DNA from: Cryomorphaceae bacterium
Lineage (GTDB): Bacteria > Bacteroidota > Bacteroidia > Flavobacteriales_D > SKUL01
Reading direction: 5' to 3'
Length of the DNA: 64,000 bases
NCBI GenBank assembly: GCA_007695365.1
Contig: REDV01000070.1
Coordinates: 13,546-77,545 of the forward strand
Below the pieces are notes generated by a model. The model did not search any database and was not told where the DNA came from. It was given only the letters and a program-made list of their open reading frames with translations. Both the position numbers and the translations under genes were made by a program. This document shows positions 18,770-27,157 of this stretch, piece after piece. Positions within the stretch are counted from its first letter, which is position 1, and the number at the start of each line of letters is the position of its first letter.

Positions 18770-19162
18770 TGGCTCCGGCGCAAAATCCAGACAGACCGAG
18801 TTCACACAATAGCGCAATCCGGTTTCAGTAGGCCCATCATCAAAAACGTGCCCTAAGTGCGAATCGCAGTTTGCGCAGGTGATTTCAGTGCGGATCATAC
18901 CGTGGCTGGTATCTCTTACCTCACGAATGGTGCCATCTTCGATTGCCGCGTCGAAACTGGGCCAGCCGCATCCTGAGTGAAATTTGGAATAGTGTTTAAA
19001 CAGGGGAGTGCCGCAGCCTTTGCAGGTGTACACTCCGGTTTCGAAGTGCATGTAATACTGCCCTGTAAACGGACGCTCGGTACCTTTTTGCCGCATGACG
19101 CGATAGGACTCCACGTCGAGTTTTTCTCGCCAGGCTTCCTCATCTTTTGGAAAATCTTTCAT
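18767..19162 (-). CDS. msrB: peptide-methionine (R)-S-oxide reductase
   Basis: GTERPFTG, two CxxC pairs (CKGCGTPLF, CANCDSHLGHVF), RYCVNS. Confidence 0.95.
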   Translation of the reverse strand: MKDFPKDEEAWREKLDVESYRVMRQKGTERPFTGQYYMHFETGVYTCKGCGTPLFKHYSKFHSGCGWPSFDAAIEDGTIREVRDTSHGMIRTEITCANCDSHLGHVFDDGPTETGLRYCVNSVCLDFAPEP

Positions 19163-19168
19163 ACCAGC

Positions 19169-20440
19169 TTAACCCTGCTGCGGCTTATTGGTTTGGCGTG
19201 ACGTGTTTTTTCCCGGTTTGCGCTTGCTTTTTTGAAATTTGTTGCGCGGTTTTCCGCCTTTGTGGCGGTTATTATTGCGGGGTTTGCCACCCTCAGCCCG
19301 GTATTCGGGTCCCGGTTCAAAACCTTCGGGCAACGGAAGCTTCCGAACTTCTTTTTCAATCAATTGCTCAATTCTTCTGAACTTGTGTTGTTCATCCGGG
19401 CTGATCAGGGTAATGGCCATCCCGTCCGTATCGGCACGGGCGGTACGTCCTATGCGGTGCACATAATCCTCCGCATCATTCGGTATATCGTAGTTGATAA
19501 CCAGCTCAATATTGGCAATGTCAATACCTCTCGAAACCAAATCTGTAGCTACAAGAACGGTAATCTTTCGGTTGCGAAAGTCTAGCATAATCTGCTCGCG
19601 TTCATCCTGCTCGAGATCTGAGGATATGGCAGCGCATGACAAGCCTTGTTTGGAAAGTTTGCGCTCAAGAGCCCCAACCGCTTTGCGTGTTGAGCAAAAA
19701 ACAATTACACTGTTCAGGTTTTTGCCTTTAAGTAATTCACCTACCAGAGCCACTTTCTGATGGTCATATAAGGAGTAGGCCACCTGTAAGATGTTCTCGG
19801 CCGGCTTCGAGATGGCAATGTTGATTTCCGTGGGGTTTTCCATGATTTGCTTGGCGAGATCACGGATTTTTTGCGGCATGGTGGCAGAAAACATCAGGGT
19901 TTGCAATTTTTTGGGCAGCTTCTCACGAAAGCGGGTGATGTCGGCAATGAAGCCCATGTCGAGCATCCTGTCTGCCTCATCCAGGATGAAAAAACTCACA
20001 CTATCTGTTTTTACATAACCAAGGTTGAAATGCGAATTAAGCCTTCCCGGAGTCGCAATGAGCACATCTACACCGGTTTGAATGGCCTTCTTTTCCTGGT
20101 CGAAACTGGTACCGTCACCACCTCCGTATATAGGCATACTTGAAACACCCGTAAAATAGGAGAGCCCCTGAAGGTTTTGGTCAATTTGGAGTGCGAGTTC
20201 GCGTGTGGGCACCACAATAAGACACTGAATACCCGGTTTGGGGTCAGCCTCAATCTTACTTAAAACAGGAAGTAGAAACGCTGCAGTTTTTCCTGTGCCC
20301 GTCTGCGCACTGGCAAGAATGCTTTCGCCATTCAGAATACGTGGAATGGCTTGTGCCTGCACAGGAGTGGGGTTTTCAAAGCGCATAGCATCCAGACCTT
20401 CCATGATGTGGGGATGGAGCCCCATTTCCGAAAATTTCAC
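19169..20440 (-). CDS. DEAD-box ATP-dependent RNA helicase (RhlE-like) with a basic C-terminal tail
   Basis: GTG start giving MKFSEMGL. Motifs: AQTGTGKTAAF, PTRELA, LDEADRMLDMGF, SAT, HRIGRTAR. R/K/G-rich tail. Confidence 0.95.
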   Translation of the reverse strand: MKFSEMGLHPHIMEGLDAMRFENPTPVQAQAIPRILNGESILASAQTGTGKTAAFLLPVLSKIEADPKPGIQCLIVVPTRELALQIDQNLQGLSYFTGVSSMPIYGGGDGTSFDQEKKAIQTGVDVLIATPGRLNSHFNLGYVKTDSVSFFILDEADRMLDMGFIADITRFREKLPKKLQTLMFSATMPQKIRDLAKQIMENPTEINIAISKPAENILQVAYSLYDHQKVALVGELLKGKNLNSVIVFCSTRKAVGALERKLSKQGLSCAAISSDLEQDEREQIMLDFRNRKITVLVATDLVSRGIDIANIELVINYDIPNDAEDYVHRIGRTARADTDGMAITLISPDEQHKFRRIEQLIEKEVRKLPLPEGFEPGPEYRAEGGKPRNNNRHKGGKPRNKFQKSKRKPGKNTSRQTNKPQQG

Positions 20441-20469
20441 AAGCAGATTTTTTATTTAGTGGTGTGCAT

Positions 20470-20477
20470 CAAAGGTA
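20470..20477 (-). promoter_or_regulatory. -7 promoter box (CAAAGGTA = rc TACCTTTG)
   Basis: Perfect motif about 30 nt upstream of the helicase start. Confidence 0.45.
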
Positions 20478-20569
20478 GAACTTTTAACCAGCACCTGTGT
20501 TGCCTCTTCTCTTAACGTATTTTCTGATTTTGCTTGAGGTTTGCACCGCTCTTGCCGCCCCAAAGTTGG

Positions 20570-20577
20570 TAACTTTG
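20570..20577 (+). promoter_or_regulatory. -7 promoter box TAACTTTG
   Basis: Perfect motif 16 nt upstream of ATG 20594. It lies inside a small dyad CAAAGTT-GGT-AACTTTG. Confidence 0.45.
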
Positions 20578-20593
20578 CCCCAAAGTGTTCACT

Positions 20594-21361
20594 ATGCTTT
20601 TGTTGCTTTCACCTGCCAAATCGCTCGATTATGAATCTCCGGTGCCGTCGGAAACGGCCACCGATACGCGATTAGATAAGCATTCGAAAAAGCTTGCACA
20701 GGTGCTTAAAAAGAAGTCAGCAGCGGATTTACGAGAGTTGATGGGAATCAGCGAATCGCTGGCCCAACTGAACGCGGAACGCTTTGCGCAGTGGAAAAGT
20801 CCCATGAAGGCACCTGAAGCCCGCCAGGCTGTTTTTGCTTTTCAGGGAGACGTATATCAAGGCTTGAAGGCAGAAGACTTTAGTGAGAATGAGCTGAAGT
20901 TCGCCCAAAAGCACATACGCATTTTGTCAGGTTTGTACGGAGTTTTACGCCCGCTGGATTTGATGCTGCCATACAGATTGGAGATGGGAACTTCGCTCGC
21001 TGTGAACGGAACCGAAAATCTCTATCAGTTCTGGGGTGATGAACTTGCCAAACTGCTGAAGGCCGATCTCAAGGAAAGCGGAAGCGACGTGGTTGTGAAT
21101 CTTGCTTCCAATGAGTACTTTAATTCAGTTAAGAAGGGCCTCAAGGGCGTTTCCATCGTTACGCCGGCGTTCAAGGATTTCAAGAACGGCGAGTACAAGA
21201 TGATCAGCTTCTTCGCCAAAAAAGCGAGGGGTATGATGGCCCGGTTTGCCGTGAAAAATGGCATCAGCAACCCCGAAGACCTGAAGGCCTTTGACGACGA
21301 AGGCTACATTTTTAACCAGGAATTATCCAAAGACAAGTCGTGGGTGTTTACCCGTGGCTGA
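20594..21361 (+). CDS. yaaA: peroxide stress protein YaaA (UPF0246)
   Basis: MLLLLSPAKSLDY, FQGDVYQGL, LSGLYGVLRPLDLMLPYRLEMG, YQFWGD, NLASNEYF and ISFFAKKARG are collinear with E. coli YaaA. I prefer the ATG at 20594 over the GTG at 20585. Confidence 0.9.
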   Translation: MLLLLSPAKSLDYESPVPSETATDTRLDKHSKKLAQVLKKKSAADLRELMGISESLAQLNAERFAQWKSPMKAPEARQAVFAFQGDVYQGLKAEDFSENELKFAQKHIRILSGLYGVLRPLDLMLPYRLEMGTSLAVNGTENLYQFWGDELAKLLKADLKESGSDVVVNLASNEYFNSVKKGLKGVSIVTPAFKDFKNGEYKMISFFAKKARGMMARFAVKNGISNPEDLKAFDDEGYIFNQELSKDKSWVFTRG

Positions 21362-21392
21362 TTAACTAACACACATAACACACAAACAACTG

Positions 21393-22088
21393 ATGAAACA
21401 ATTGATGTTTACCCTGCTTGCCTCACTCACATTAATGTCTGGCTGCGCGCAATCAGGAAGTAAAAAAGCCGGAAAAAGCGGTGGCGACGCATTGACTACA
21501 GAGTTAGATTCGGTGAGCTATGCCATAGGACTCTCTGTGGGTACCAACCTTAAAAGTCAGGGAATGGAACTGAACCCCGATGCGGTTGCCAAAGCTATTG
21601 CTGATCTGAATGCCGACGTTGAACCGCCTTTCGACGCGCAGGCTGCTGATATGATGGTGCGAAACTATATGCAGGCGCAAATGGCCAAACAGCAGGAAAA
21701 GAACATCCAGCGCGGAAAGGATTTTCTGGCAGAAAACGCCAAAAAGAAGGGGGTTCTAGTAACCGAAAGTGGCTTGCAGTATAAAGTGCTGACTGAGGGT
21801 GCTGGAAATCACCCTACTGAAACAAGTCAGGTTAAGGTGCACTACCACGGTACATTGATTGACGGAACCGTGTTTGACAGTTCAGTTGAACGAGGAGAGC
21901 CTATTACATTCGGGCTGAATCGCGTAATCAAGGGCTGGACCGAGGGCGTGCAATTGATGAAGCCCGGTGCCAAATACGAATTCTACATTCCGTCTGACCT
22001 CGCATACGGCGACCGTGGGTCAGGTCCCAAAATCGGCCCGCACGAAACACTTATTTTCGAAGTTGAGCTGCTGGAAATTGTGGAATAG
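21393..22088 (+). CDS. FKBP-type peptidyl-prolyl isomerase (FkpA/Mip-like lipoprotein)
   Basis: Signal plus Cys (LMSGC). FKBP_N helical domain, then VHYHGTLIDGTVFDSS...VIKGWTEG...IPSDLAYG. Confidence 0.9.
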   Translation: MKQLMFTLLASLTLMSGCAQSGSKKAGKSGGDALTTELDSVSYAIGLSVGTNLKSQGMELNPDAVAKAIADLNADVEPPFDAQAADMMVRNYMQAQMAKQQEKNIQRGKDFLAENAKKKGVLVTESGLQYKVLTEGAGNHPTETSQVKVHYHGTLIDGTVFDSSVERGEPITFGLNRVIKGWTEGVQLMKPGAKYEFYIPSDLAYGDRGSGPKIGPHETLIFEVELLEIVE

Positions 22089-22116
22089 CAAATAGTTATC
22101 TCACATCCATGAGAAC

Positions 22117-22145
22117 AAAAGGAGGCTTTAGGGTCTCCTTTTTTG
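22117..22145. terminator. bidirectional terminator between convergent genes
   Basis: AAAAGGAGGC-loop-GGTCTCCTTTT hairpin with an A-run before it and a T-run after it. Confidence 0.6.
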
Positions 22146-24548
22146 TTACCAGCTCACCACAACCGACTCGCCCGCTTCGAGGTCAAACCAGCAGCGATGT
22201 TGTTTACCAATGGTTTTTCGTTTCACTTCTTTGTCTGCCACGCGAATTTCAGCTTCCTTAAGTGCCAATGAAATTCCATGAACAGGCCGGTTTGATTGGT
22301 TGATCAGCACAGCCTCGCGGGCACCGGTTTGCATGATTTGAATGTCAGCGATGGCAAGGGAATGATCCATCCATTGCGAAACCGTAGGAATCCACAGGCG
22401 CCCTTCATCTCTCCATCGGCTGAGTCGGTCAAGTGCGCGGTTAAATCCGGGAGAGGCTACCATGAGGCTGTCTTCGTTCCATTGCCAGAAACCCTTGCGA
22501 AGATGCACCCAGGCGGGATAGACATGAAAAGGTTGTACACCTCCGTTTCGGCACAGTTCCTCGATACGATAGTCAGCCAAATAATAATCCCACAGGGCAT
22601 CGTCCTGTACTTCCAGACCACTCCAGGTTGGCCAGAACACAAAATCCGGATAATTGGGGTGACGGGCGGCATGTTGCATGGGAAAAGAATGCCCGAAACC
22701 GGAATAAGGTATTTGGAGGTGATTGTTAAACGTCCACGGTGCATAAACCGGCACATCTTCGTAATAGGGATTCCAGAAATACCGAATGCCGTATTCTTTC
22801 CAGAGGTCGGCGTAGTTGTGTTGCTTTCCGGGCATCATACCATCGCATACGGCATTTTCGCGGTTGTTGTATGCAGCGTTGTTGTAGCCGTGGTCAATCC
22901 AGGTCGGAGAGCTAAAGCGCGCGCGCATGTATTCCAGCGCCTCCTCCATAATTGGCCGGGTGGTGGTGTATTGGTCGGGGGTGTGGAGGCAAACCTCAAA
23001 ACCCACCGAGTGCAACTGCTCCAGCAGTTCTTCAAACTCCTGGTGGGTAGTGATGGTGGCGTGTAAATCGCTGAAGATACTATCGCTGGCCCGCAGATTG
23101 TCAGCGCTGTCGGGATTGGTGTAAAACACGCTTTTCGTCACCGGAATATCGTAATAGGCAAATCCTCCTGTGGCTTCTTCCAACCGGGTGATTTCCTCAC
23201 TGCCAAAGCAAACAGCTCTGTGACTTTGAGTATTGGTCCAGTCGGCATGCTCAGTGAAAAGTATGGCCGCTTCTGTGCCTTGCGGGTATGGAAGTAACTG
23301 TGGAAACAAGCCTGCGTCGCTATCATGGCGAAGGCGTAATACACTTTGCAGTTCGTCGTTTTTGCTGTACTTGCTTGCAGATAAATGCACAAAATAATCC
23401 GTGGTGTCGGCTTCCGGAAAGTGTATCAGAGGATGGTCTTGCTCATAATCGAGATTGAACAACGCCAAACGAGAATCGGTTGCCCATTGCACCGATGAAA
23501 TTTGGTTTTCAGGTTGCCAGCGTACCGTGCGATTTCCTGAGCCACAAACCAATGGGCCACGCCCGAGATAGTAGAATTGATTTGCTTTGGGTTGAATCGT
23601 TTGTCCGCTTTGAAGGGCTGCACTTGTGGCTTCTTCAAGCATCGGAGCGCAGAGTGCGAGTCGATGCACCTTTTGATGGGTTGTGAAGAGGGCATTTATG
23701 CCGATCATTACTTCCGGTTGATTCGCTACCTCGCGGATGTGCAATGAATAGGTTGCCAGGGGAGACGAAGCAGTGAATGTTAACTCTCCGGGTTGTGTGC
23801 TTTTAGCAGGTTGCCAGTTACTTACATTAAACACCTGTTTCACATTGTTTGTAAGGGTACTGTAATGAATTACCGAAATGGGTTCGGACAGTGCTTTTTT
23901 GTCACTGTCGAGCAACACCAGGCTTCCCCCTGCTGAATAGTGGCCCACAAAACTTTGCTCGTTGATGGAAAGCACATTCATGGAACCCGATGTTCTGGTG
24001 GATTCAAAAACCGGAATCCAGGAAGGAGGGAAGAGCCGCGAGAGCTTAAGCTCACTTGCCCCCATTGTAATTTTTGCGCCTTTTGGGTTCCAAACGTAAA
24101 CTTTCAGATTGCTGCCCCGAAGATATGATTGGGGGATGCGGAAAATGTGTGGTTCGTCCGTTTTTGCCGGAATAGGGGTACTCTCCCAAAACAGGTTCTC
24201 CTGGCCTCTTTTGAGCTCTATCACCCATTGAACATCTGCATTGGAAGGCGCATCCAACACAGGTGTTCTGATGCTCAGAAGTAAACTGTGGTTTGTTTTT
24301 GGGTTGAAATGTTGCTCAAACGACAATCCATACTCATCCGTCAAAACAAATCCCTCAGGGCACAGATGCTTCACGAGAAACTCCTGCTGAATTTCGCGTT
24401 CCGATCGGGCCAGCTCGGTGAGCTGCTTGGCCATGGTGTACTCATCCAGCTCATACGAATTGCACGCTGTGTAAATCACAGCCAGTCCAATGAGCGCGAC
24501 GCGTTGAAAAAAAACAACAACCCGAGGAATGTTTCTGAAGCTACCCAT
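22146..24548 (-). CDS. large membrane-anchored hypothetical protein (800 aa); C-terminal half possibly a deacetylase/glycosidase-like barrel
   Basis: N-terminal anchor VVVFFQRVALIGLAVIYTAC. The C-terminal half is rich in aromatic and His residues (FTEHADW, CLHTPDQ, WIDHGYNN). No secure family. Confidence 0.5.
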   Translation of the reverse strand: MGSFRNIPRVVVFFQRVALIGLAVIYTACNSYELDEYTMAKQLTELARSEREIQQEFLVKHLCPEGFVLTDEYGLSFEQHFNPKTNHSLLLSIRTPVLDAPSNADVQWVIELKRGQENLFWESTPIPAKTDEPHIFRIPQSYLRGSNLKVYVWNPKGAKITMGASELKLSRLFPPSWIPVFESTRTSGSMNVLSINEQSFVGHYSAGGSLVLLDSDKKALSEPISVIHYSTLTNNVKQVFNVSNWQPAKSTQPGELTFTASSPLATYSLHIREVANQPEVMIGINALFTTHQKVHRLALCAPMLEEATSAALQSGQTIQPKANQFYYLGRGPLVCGSGNRTVRWQPENQISSVQWATDSRLALFNLDYEQDHPLIHFPEADTTDYFVHLSASKYSKNDELQSVLRLRHDSDAGLFPQLLPYPQGTEAAILFTEHADWTNTQSHRAVCFGSEEITRLEEATGGFAYYDIPVTKSVFYTNPDSADNLRASDSIFSDLHATITTHQEFEELLEQLHSVGFEVCLHTPDQYTTTRPIMEEALEYMRARFSSPTWIDHGYNNAAYNNRENAVCDGMMPGKQHNYADLWKEYGIRYFWNPYYEDVPVYAPWTFNNHLQIPYSGFGHSFPMQHAARHPNYPDFVFWPTWSGLEVQDDALWDYYLADYRIEELCRNGGVQPFHVYPAWVHLRKGFWQWNEDSLMVASPGFNRALDRLSRWRDEGRLWIPTVSQWMDHSLAIADIQIMQTGAREAVLINQSNRPVHGISLALKEAEIRVADKEVKRKTIGKQHRCWFDLEAGESVVVSW

Positions 24549-24591
24549 TCATGCGAAATAACGAATATTAGCTTGTCATGTGTCCGGACGG

Positions 24592-24627
24592 AGCAAAAAA
24601 AAATCCGGAAACTTGCTTCCGGATTTT
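24592..24627 (-). terminator. rho-independent terminator of trxB
   Basis: 11-bp perfect stem AAAATCCGGAA/TTCCGGATTTT with a 6-nt loop. There are 9 T on the minus strand after the stem. Confidence 0.8.
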
Positions 24628-24645
24628 AAAAGTTCATGCAGATGG

Positions 24646-25590
24646 CTAGTGCAAACCTTTTTCACTCAGGTATCGCTCGGCGTCGAGGGCAGCCATACAG
24701 CCCGTTCCAGCGGCAGTAACTGCTTGCCGGTAGATTTTATCAGCTGCGTCTCCGCTGGCAAAAACCCCTTCGATATTGGTTCTGGAACTTCCGGGTTTAA
24801 TCTTCAGGTATCCTACGTTGTCCATGTCGAGCCAACCCTTAAAAATATCGGTATTGGGTTTGTGACCAATGGCCACGAAAAAACCGGTGATGTTCAGTGT
24901 ACTTTCTTCACCAGTCTCGGTGTTTTTGATTCGCACACCCTCTACGGCTTTGTCGCCAAGGATTTCTACCGTTTCAGTGTTCCAGTGAATTTCAATATTG
25001 GCGGCGTCTTTTACCCGTTGCTGCATAATGGCAGAGGCACGCATTTCGTCGCGGCGCACAAGCATGTGCACCTTGGTGCAAAGTTTTGAAAGGTAAGTAG
25101 CTTCTTCAGCGGCAGTATCTCCGGCGCCCACTATGGCCACTTCCTGCCCTTTAAAAAAGAAGCCGTCGCATACGGCACAGGCACTAACACCGTGACCATT
25201 GAGTCGCTCCTCGCTTTCCAGACCAAGCCATTTGGCGCTTGCACCAGTGGCAATGATAATAGAATCGGCGGTAACTTCTTTCTCCCCGTCAATGGTTACT
25301 CTGTGCACAGGACCGGTAAAATCAACTTCGGTCACCATTCCCCAACGTACGTCGGTTCCGAAGCGCTCGGCTTGTTTTTGGAAATCAATCATCATTTGCG
25401 GGCCTTGAACCCCTTCAGGATAGCCCGGGTAGTTCTCTACATCAGTGGTAATGGTGAGTTGACCACCCGGCTGCAAGCCCTGGTACATCACGGGTTTCAT
25501 TTCGGCGCGCGCTGCATAAATGGCCGCGGTATATCCTGCGGGGCCCGATCCAATAATCAGGCATTTTACGTGTTCTGTTGTATCGCTCAT
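24646..25590 (-). CDS. trxB: thioredoxin-disulfide reductase
   Basis: IIGSGPAGYTAAIYAAR, redox CAVCDG, VGAGDTAAEEA, FASGDA. Confidence 0.95.
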   Translation of the reverse strand: MSDTTEHVKCLIIGSGPAGYTAAIYAARAEMKPVMYQGLQPGGQLTITTDVENYPGYPEGVQGPQMMIDFQKQAERFGTDVRWGMVTEVDFTGPVHRVTIDGEKEVTADSIIIATGASAKWLGLESEERLNGHGVSACAVCDGFFFKGQEVAIVGAGDTAAEEATYLSKLCTKVHMLVRRDEMRASAIMQQRVKDAANIEIHWNTETVEILGDKAVEGVRIKNTETGEESTLNITGFFVAIGHKPNTDIFKGWLDMDNVGYLKIKPGSSRTNIEGVFASGDAADKIYRQAVTAAGTGCMAALDAERYLSEKGLH

Positions 25591-25613
25591 GGATGTGTTT
25601 TATTGAATGGCTG

Positions 25614-25621
25614 CAAAAATA
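25614..25621 (-). promoter_or_regulatory. -7 promoter box (CAAAAATA = rc TATTTTTG)
   Basis: Perfect motif 24 nt upstream of the trxB ATG. Confidence 0.45.
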
Positions 25622-25732
25622 GCAACTCAAACCGATGCAGGTGTGTAACGATAGTTTCTAATGATGATGTAATAGTGAACTGCGCCGATAGTTTGCTCTG
25701 GAACATGAAATCATCGAAAAAGCGACAGGGCA

Positions 25733-25757
25733 TAAAAAAAGCCGCCCGAAAGCGGCT
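25733..25757 (-). terminator. rho-independent terminator
   Basis: AGCCGC-TTTCGG-GCGGCT hairpin followed by T8 on the minus strand. It lies 22 nt after the small lipoprotein stop. Confidence 0.7.
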
Positions 25758-25778
25758 CAGAAAAAATAATAAGTGGGC

Positions 25779-25958
25779 TTATTGCCAAACACCACCTGAT
25801 GCCTGACATGAAGATTTGGCAGAGTCATAAATGGTGTTTTGAATGGCGCCACCACGACAATACTCAATGTTATCCAATGAGCAAGATCCGCAACGCTTGC
25901 ATGATGAGAAACTTGCTGCCGCAACGAGCAGAATTGCCGGTAAAATGAGCTTTTTCAT
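25779..25958 (-). CDS. small Cys-rich lipoprotein (59 aa), below the track cutoff
   Basis: Hand translation MKKLILPAILLVAAASFSSCKRCGSCSLDNIEYCRGGAIQNTIYDSAKSSCQASGGVWQ. Has a lipobox (FSSC), 6 Cys, and its own terminator. Confidence 0.45.
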   Translation of the reverse strand: MKKLILPAILLVAAASFSSCKRCGSCSLDNIEYCRGGAIQNTIYDSAKSSCQASGGVWQ

Positions 25959-26047
25959 GATATTGTATTTTTTGAATTAAGTTCGCATTACCTCAACGAA
26001 GTTCATGCCAAAAGGTTTCCTGTCGGCACAATTTTGTTTCAACCAAG

Positions 26048-26617
26048 CTACTTCACGCCCCAGTCTGGATTGTATCCCCGGTAGTCTTTGTAGAATTCCT
26101 TGATGCGCTCAATGTCGGCGTCCACATCACCGGTGATGTGAAAGGCTTCCTGAACAATGCCTCCTATCTTTGCCCCGTAATCTACATAGCCCAAGACTAT
26201 CGGAACATTTGCTTCCTGGGCTGCAAAGTAGAATCCTCGCTTCCATTTAGGGGCGTAGCGGCGGGTTCCTTCAGGGGTGAAAAGTATGATGAGGTCGTCG
26301 TGCTTGTTAAAAAGTTCCGCTATCTGATCTACAGCTCGGTTGTTTTTGGATCTGTCAATGGGTAACCCTCCCATCTTTTTCAAAAAGTAACCAAAGGGCC
26401 AGAAGAAAGCCTCTTTCTTAATGAGCATGCGCACATTCACCCCCAGAAAATTGAATACCAGTCGGGCAACTACAAAATCCCAGTTACTGGTATGCGGAGC
26501 GGCTACAAGTACACACTTGCGCACCCCCGCAGGCAATCCACCTTCGTATTTCCAGCCTGCCTTGTTAAATACCCAACGCGATAGCGACATGGCCGCGAAA
26601 TTAGGCATAAATGCCAT
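26048..26617 (-). CDS. lysophospholipid (1-acyl-sn-glycerol-3-phosphate-type) acyltransferase
   Basis: HX4D motif APHTSNWDF, later FTPEGTR. The track start at 26623 is TTG. ATG options are 26617, 26608 and 26590. Confidence 0.75.
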   Translation of the reverse strand: MAFMPNFAAMSLSRWVFNKAGWKYEGGLPAGVRKCVLVAAPHTSNWDFVVARLVFNFLGVNVRMLIKKEAFFWPFGYFLKKMGGLPIDRSKNNRAVDQIAELFNKHDDLIILFTPEGTRRYAPKWKRGFYFAAQEANVPIVLGYVDYGAKIGGIVQEAFHITGDVDADIERIKEFYKDYRGYNPDWGVK

Positions 26618-26789
26618 GCACAAGAAAATCTCCTGTGCATCGTTCTTTTATTCGTAATCAAAGCCAAAGCTTCGATGGAAAAAGTAAAAGATCAGTGGGC
26701 GTGGGTGTTGTTTGTGGCGCTTTTGGCTATCCTCGTGGTTTCGTACTACATGCTGGGTATTCCGCAACGGGTGTGACCTTGATGTAGGT

Positions 26790-27105
26790 TGCTCAATAGG
26801 GCAAACGCATTTAGAATATGAATCCAGAAGCTATCAATGTATTGAAGACCCCGGGATTTTTGTGTGGAGATACTTTCCCGGCACCTTTCCCTTTTCGAGA
26901 GGCACCAGCCTCGTGTCAACTTGTTTTGGACTAAACTTTAGATTTGAAATTCACTTTCGTTGCCCTCCTTGCGCGGGCCAGCCCCGGCAGGCAGGCCTGC
27001 CCGCCTTTGGCGGTGGAGCAAAATGCGCGAGGGAAACTGCTCATTCCAAAATCACATTTTGTTATCATTCAATCTAAATGCGTTTGCCCTGGGATGCTCA
27101 ATAGG
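26790..27105. mobile_element. candidate MITE-like insertion or invertible segment: 18-bp perfect inverted repeats plus a flanking direct repeat
   Basis: AGGGCAAACGCATTTAGA (26798-26815) is the exact reverse complement of TCTAAATGCGTTTGCCCT (27073-27090). TGCTCAATAGG is repeated directly at 26790-26800 and 27095-27105. No coding capacity inside. Confidence 0.4.
26939..26946 (+). promoter_or_regulatory. -7 box TAGATTTG inside the IR-flanked segment, facing the acylase gene
   Basis: Perfect TAnnTTTG. The nearest upstream TTG (26921-26923) is only 15 nt away, so the spacing is suboptimal. Confidence 0.3.
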
Positions 27106-27157
27106 TGGTTTGGGCATTCTTTCTATTTTTAGGCACCCAATCCAAAACCAACCTGCG

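Noticed and set aside
22296-23066. 256-aa plus-strand ORF
   Set aside because: It is antisense to and nested within the 800-aa gene (22146..24548). It has no start context and no promoter box.
24580-25806. 169-aa and 204-aa plus-strand ORFs
   Set aside because: Both are antisense to trxB, which is unambiguous. The first also runs through the trxB terminator.
26675-26776. 33-aa single-TM ORF (MEKVKDQWAWVLFVALLAILVVSYYMLGIPQRV)
   Set aside because: It is plausible but unsupported: there is no promoter box, no terminator, and it is very short. I kept it out of the feature list.
26960-27157. N-terminal 66 codons of the track's acylase ORF
   Set aside because: This part is Pro/Arg/Gly-rich and not protein-like. 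It crosses the GC palindrome and the right inverted repeat. The membrane anchor and the acylase homology begin only after GTG 27158.
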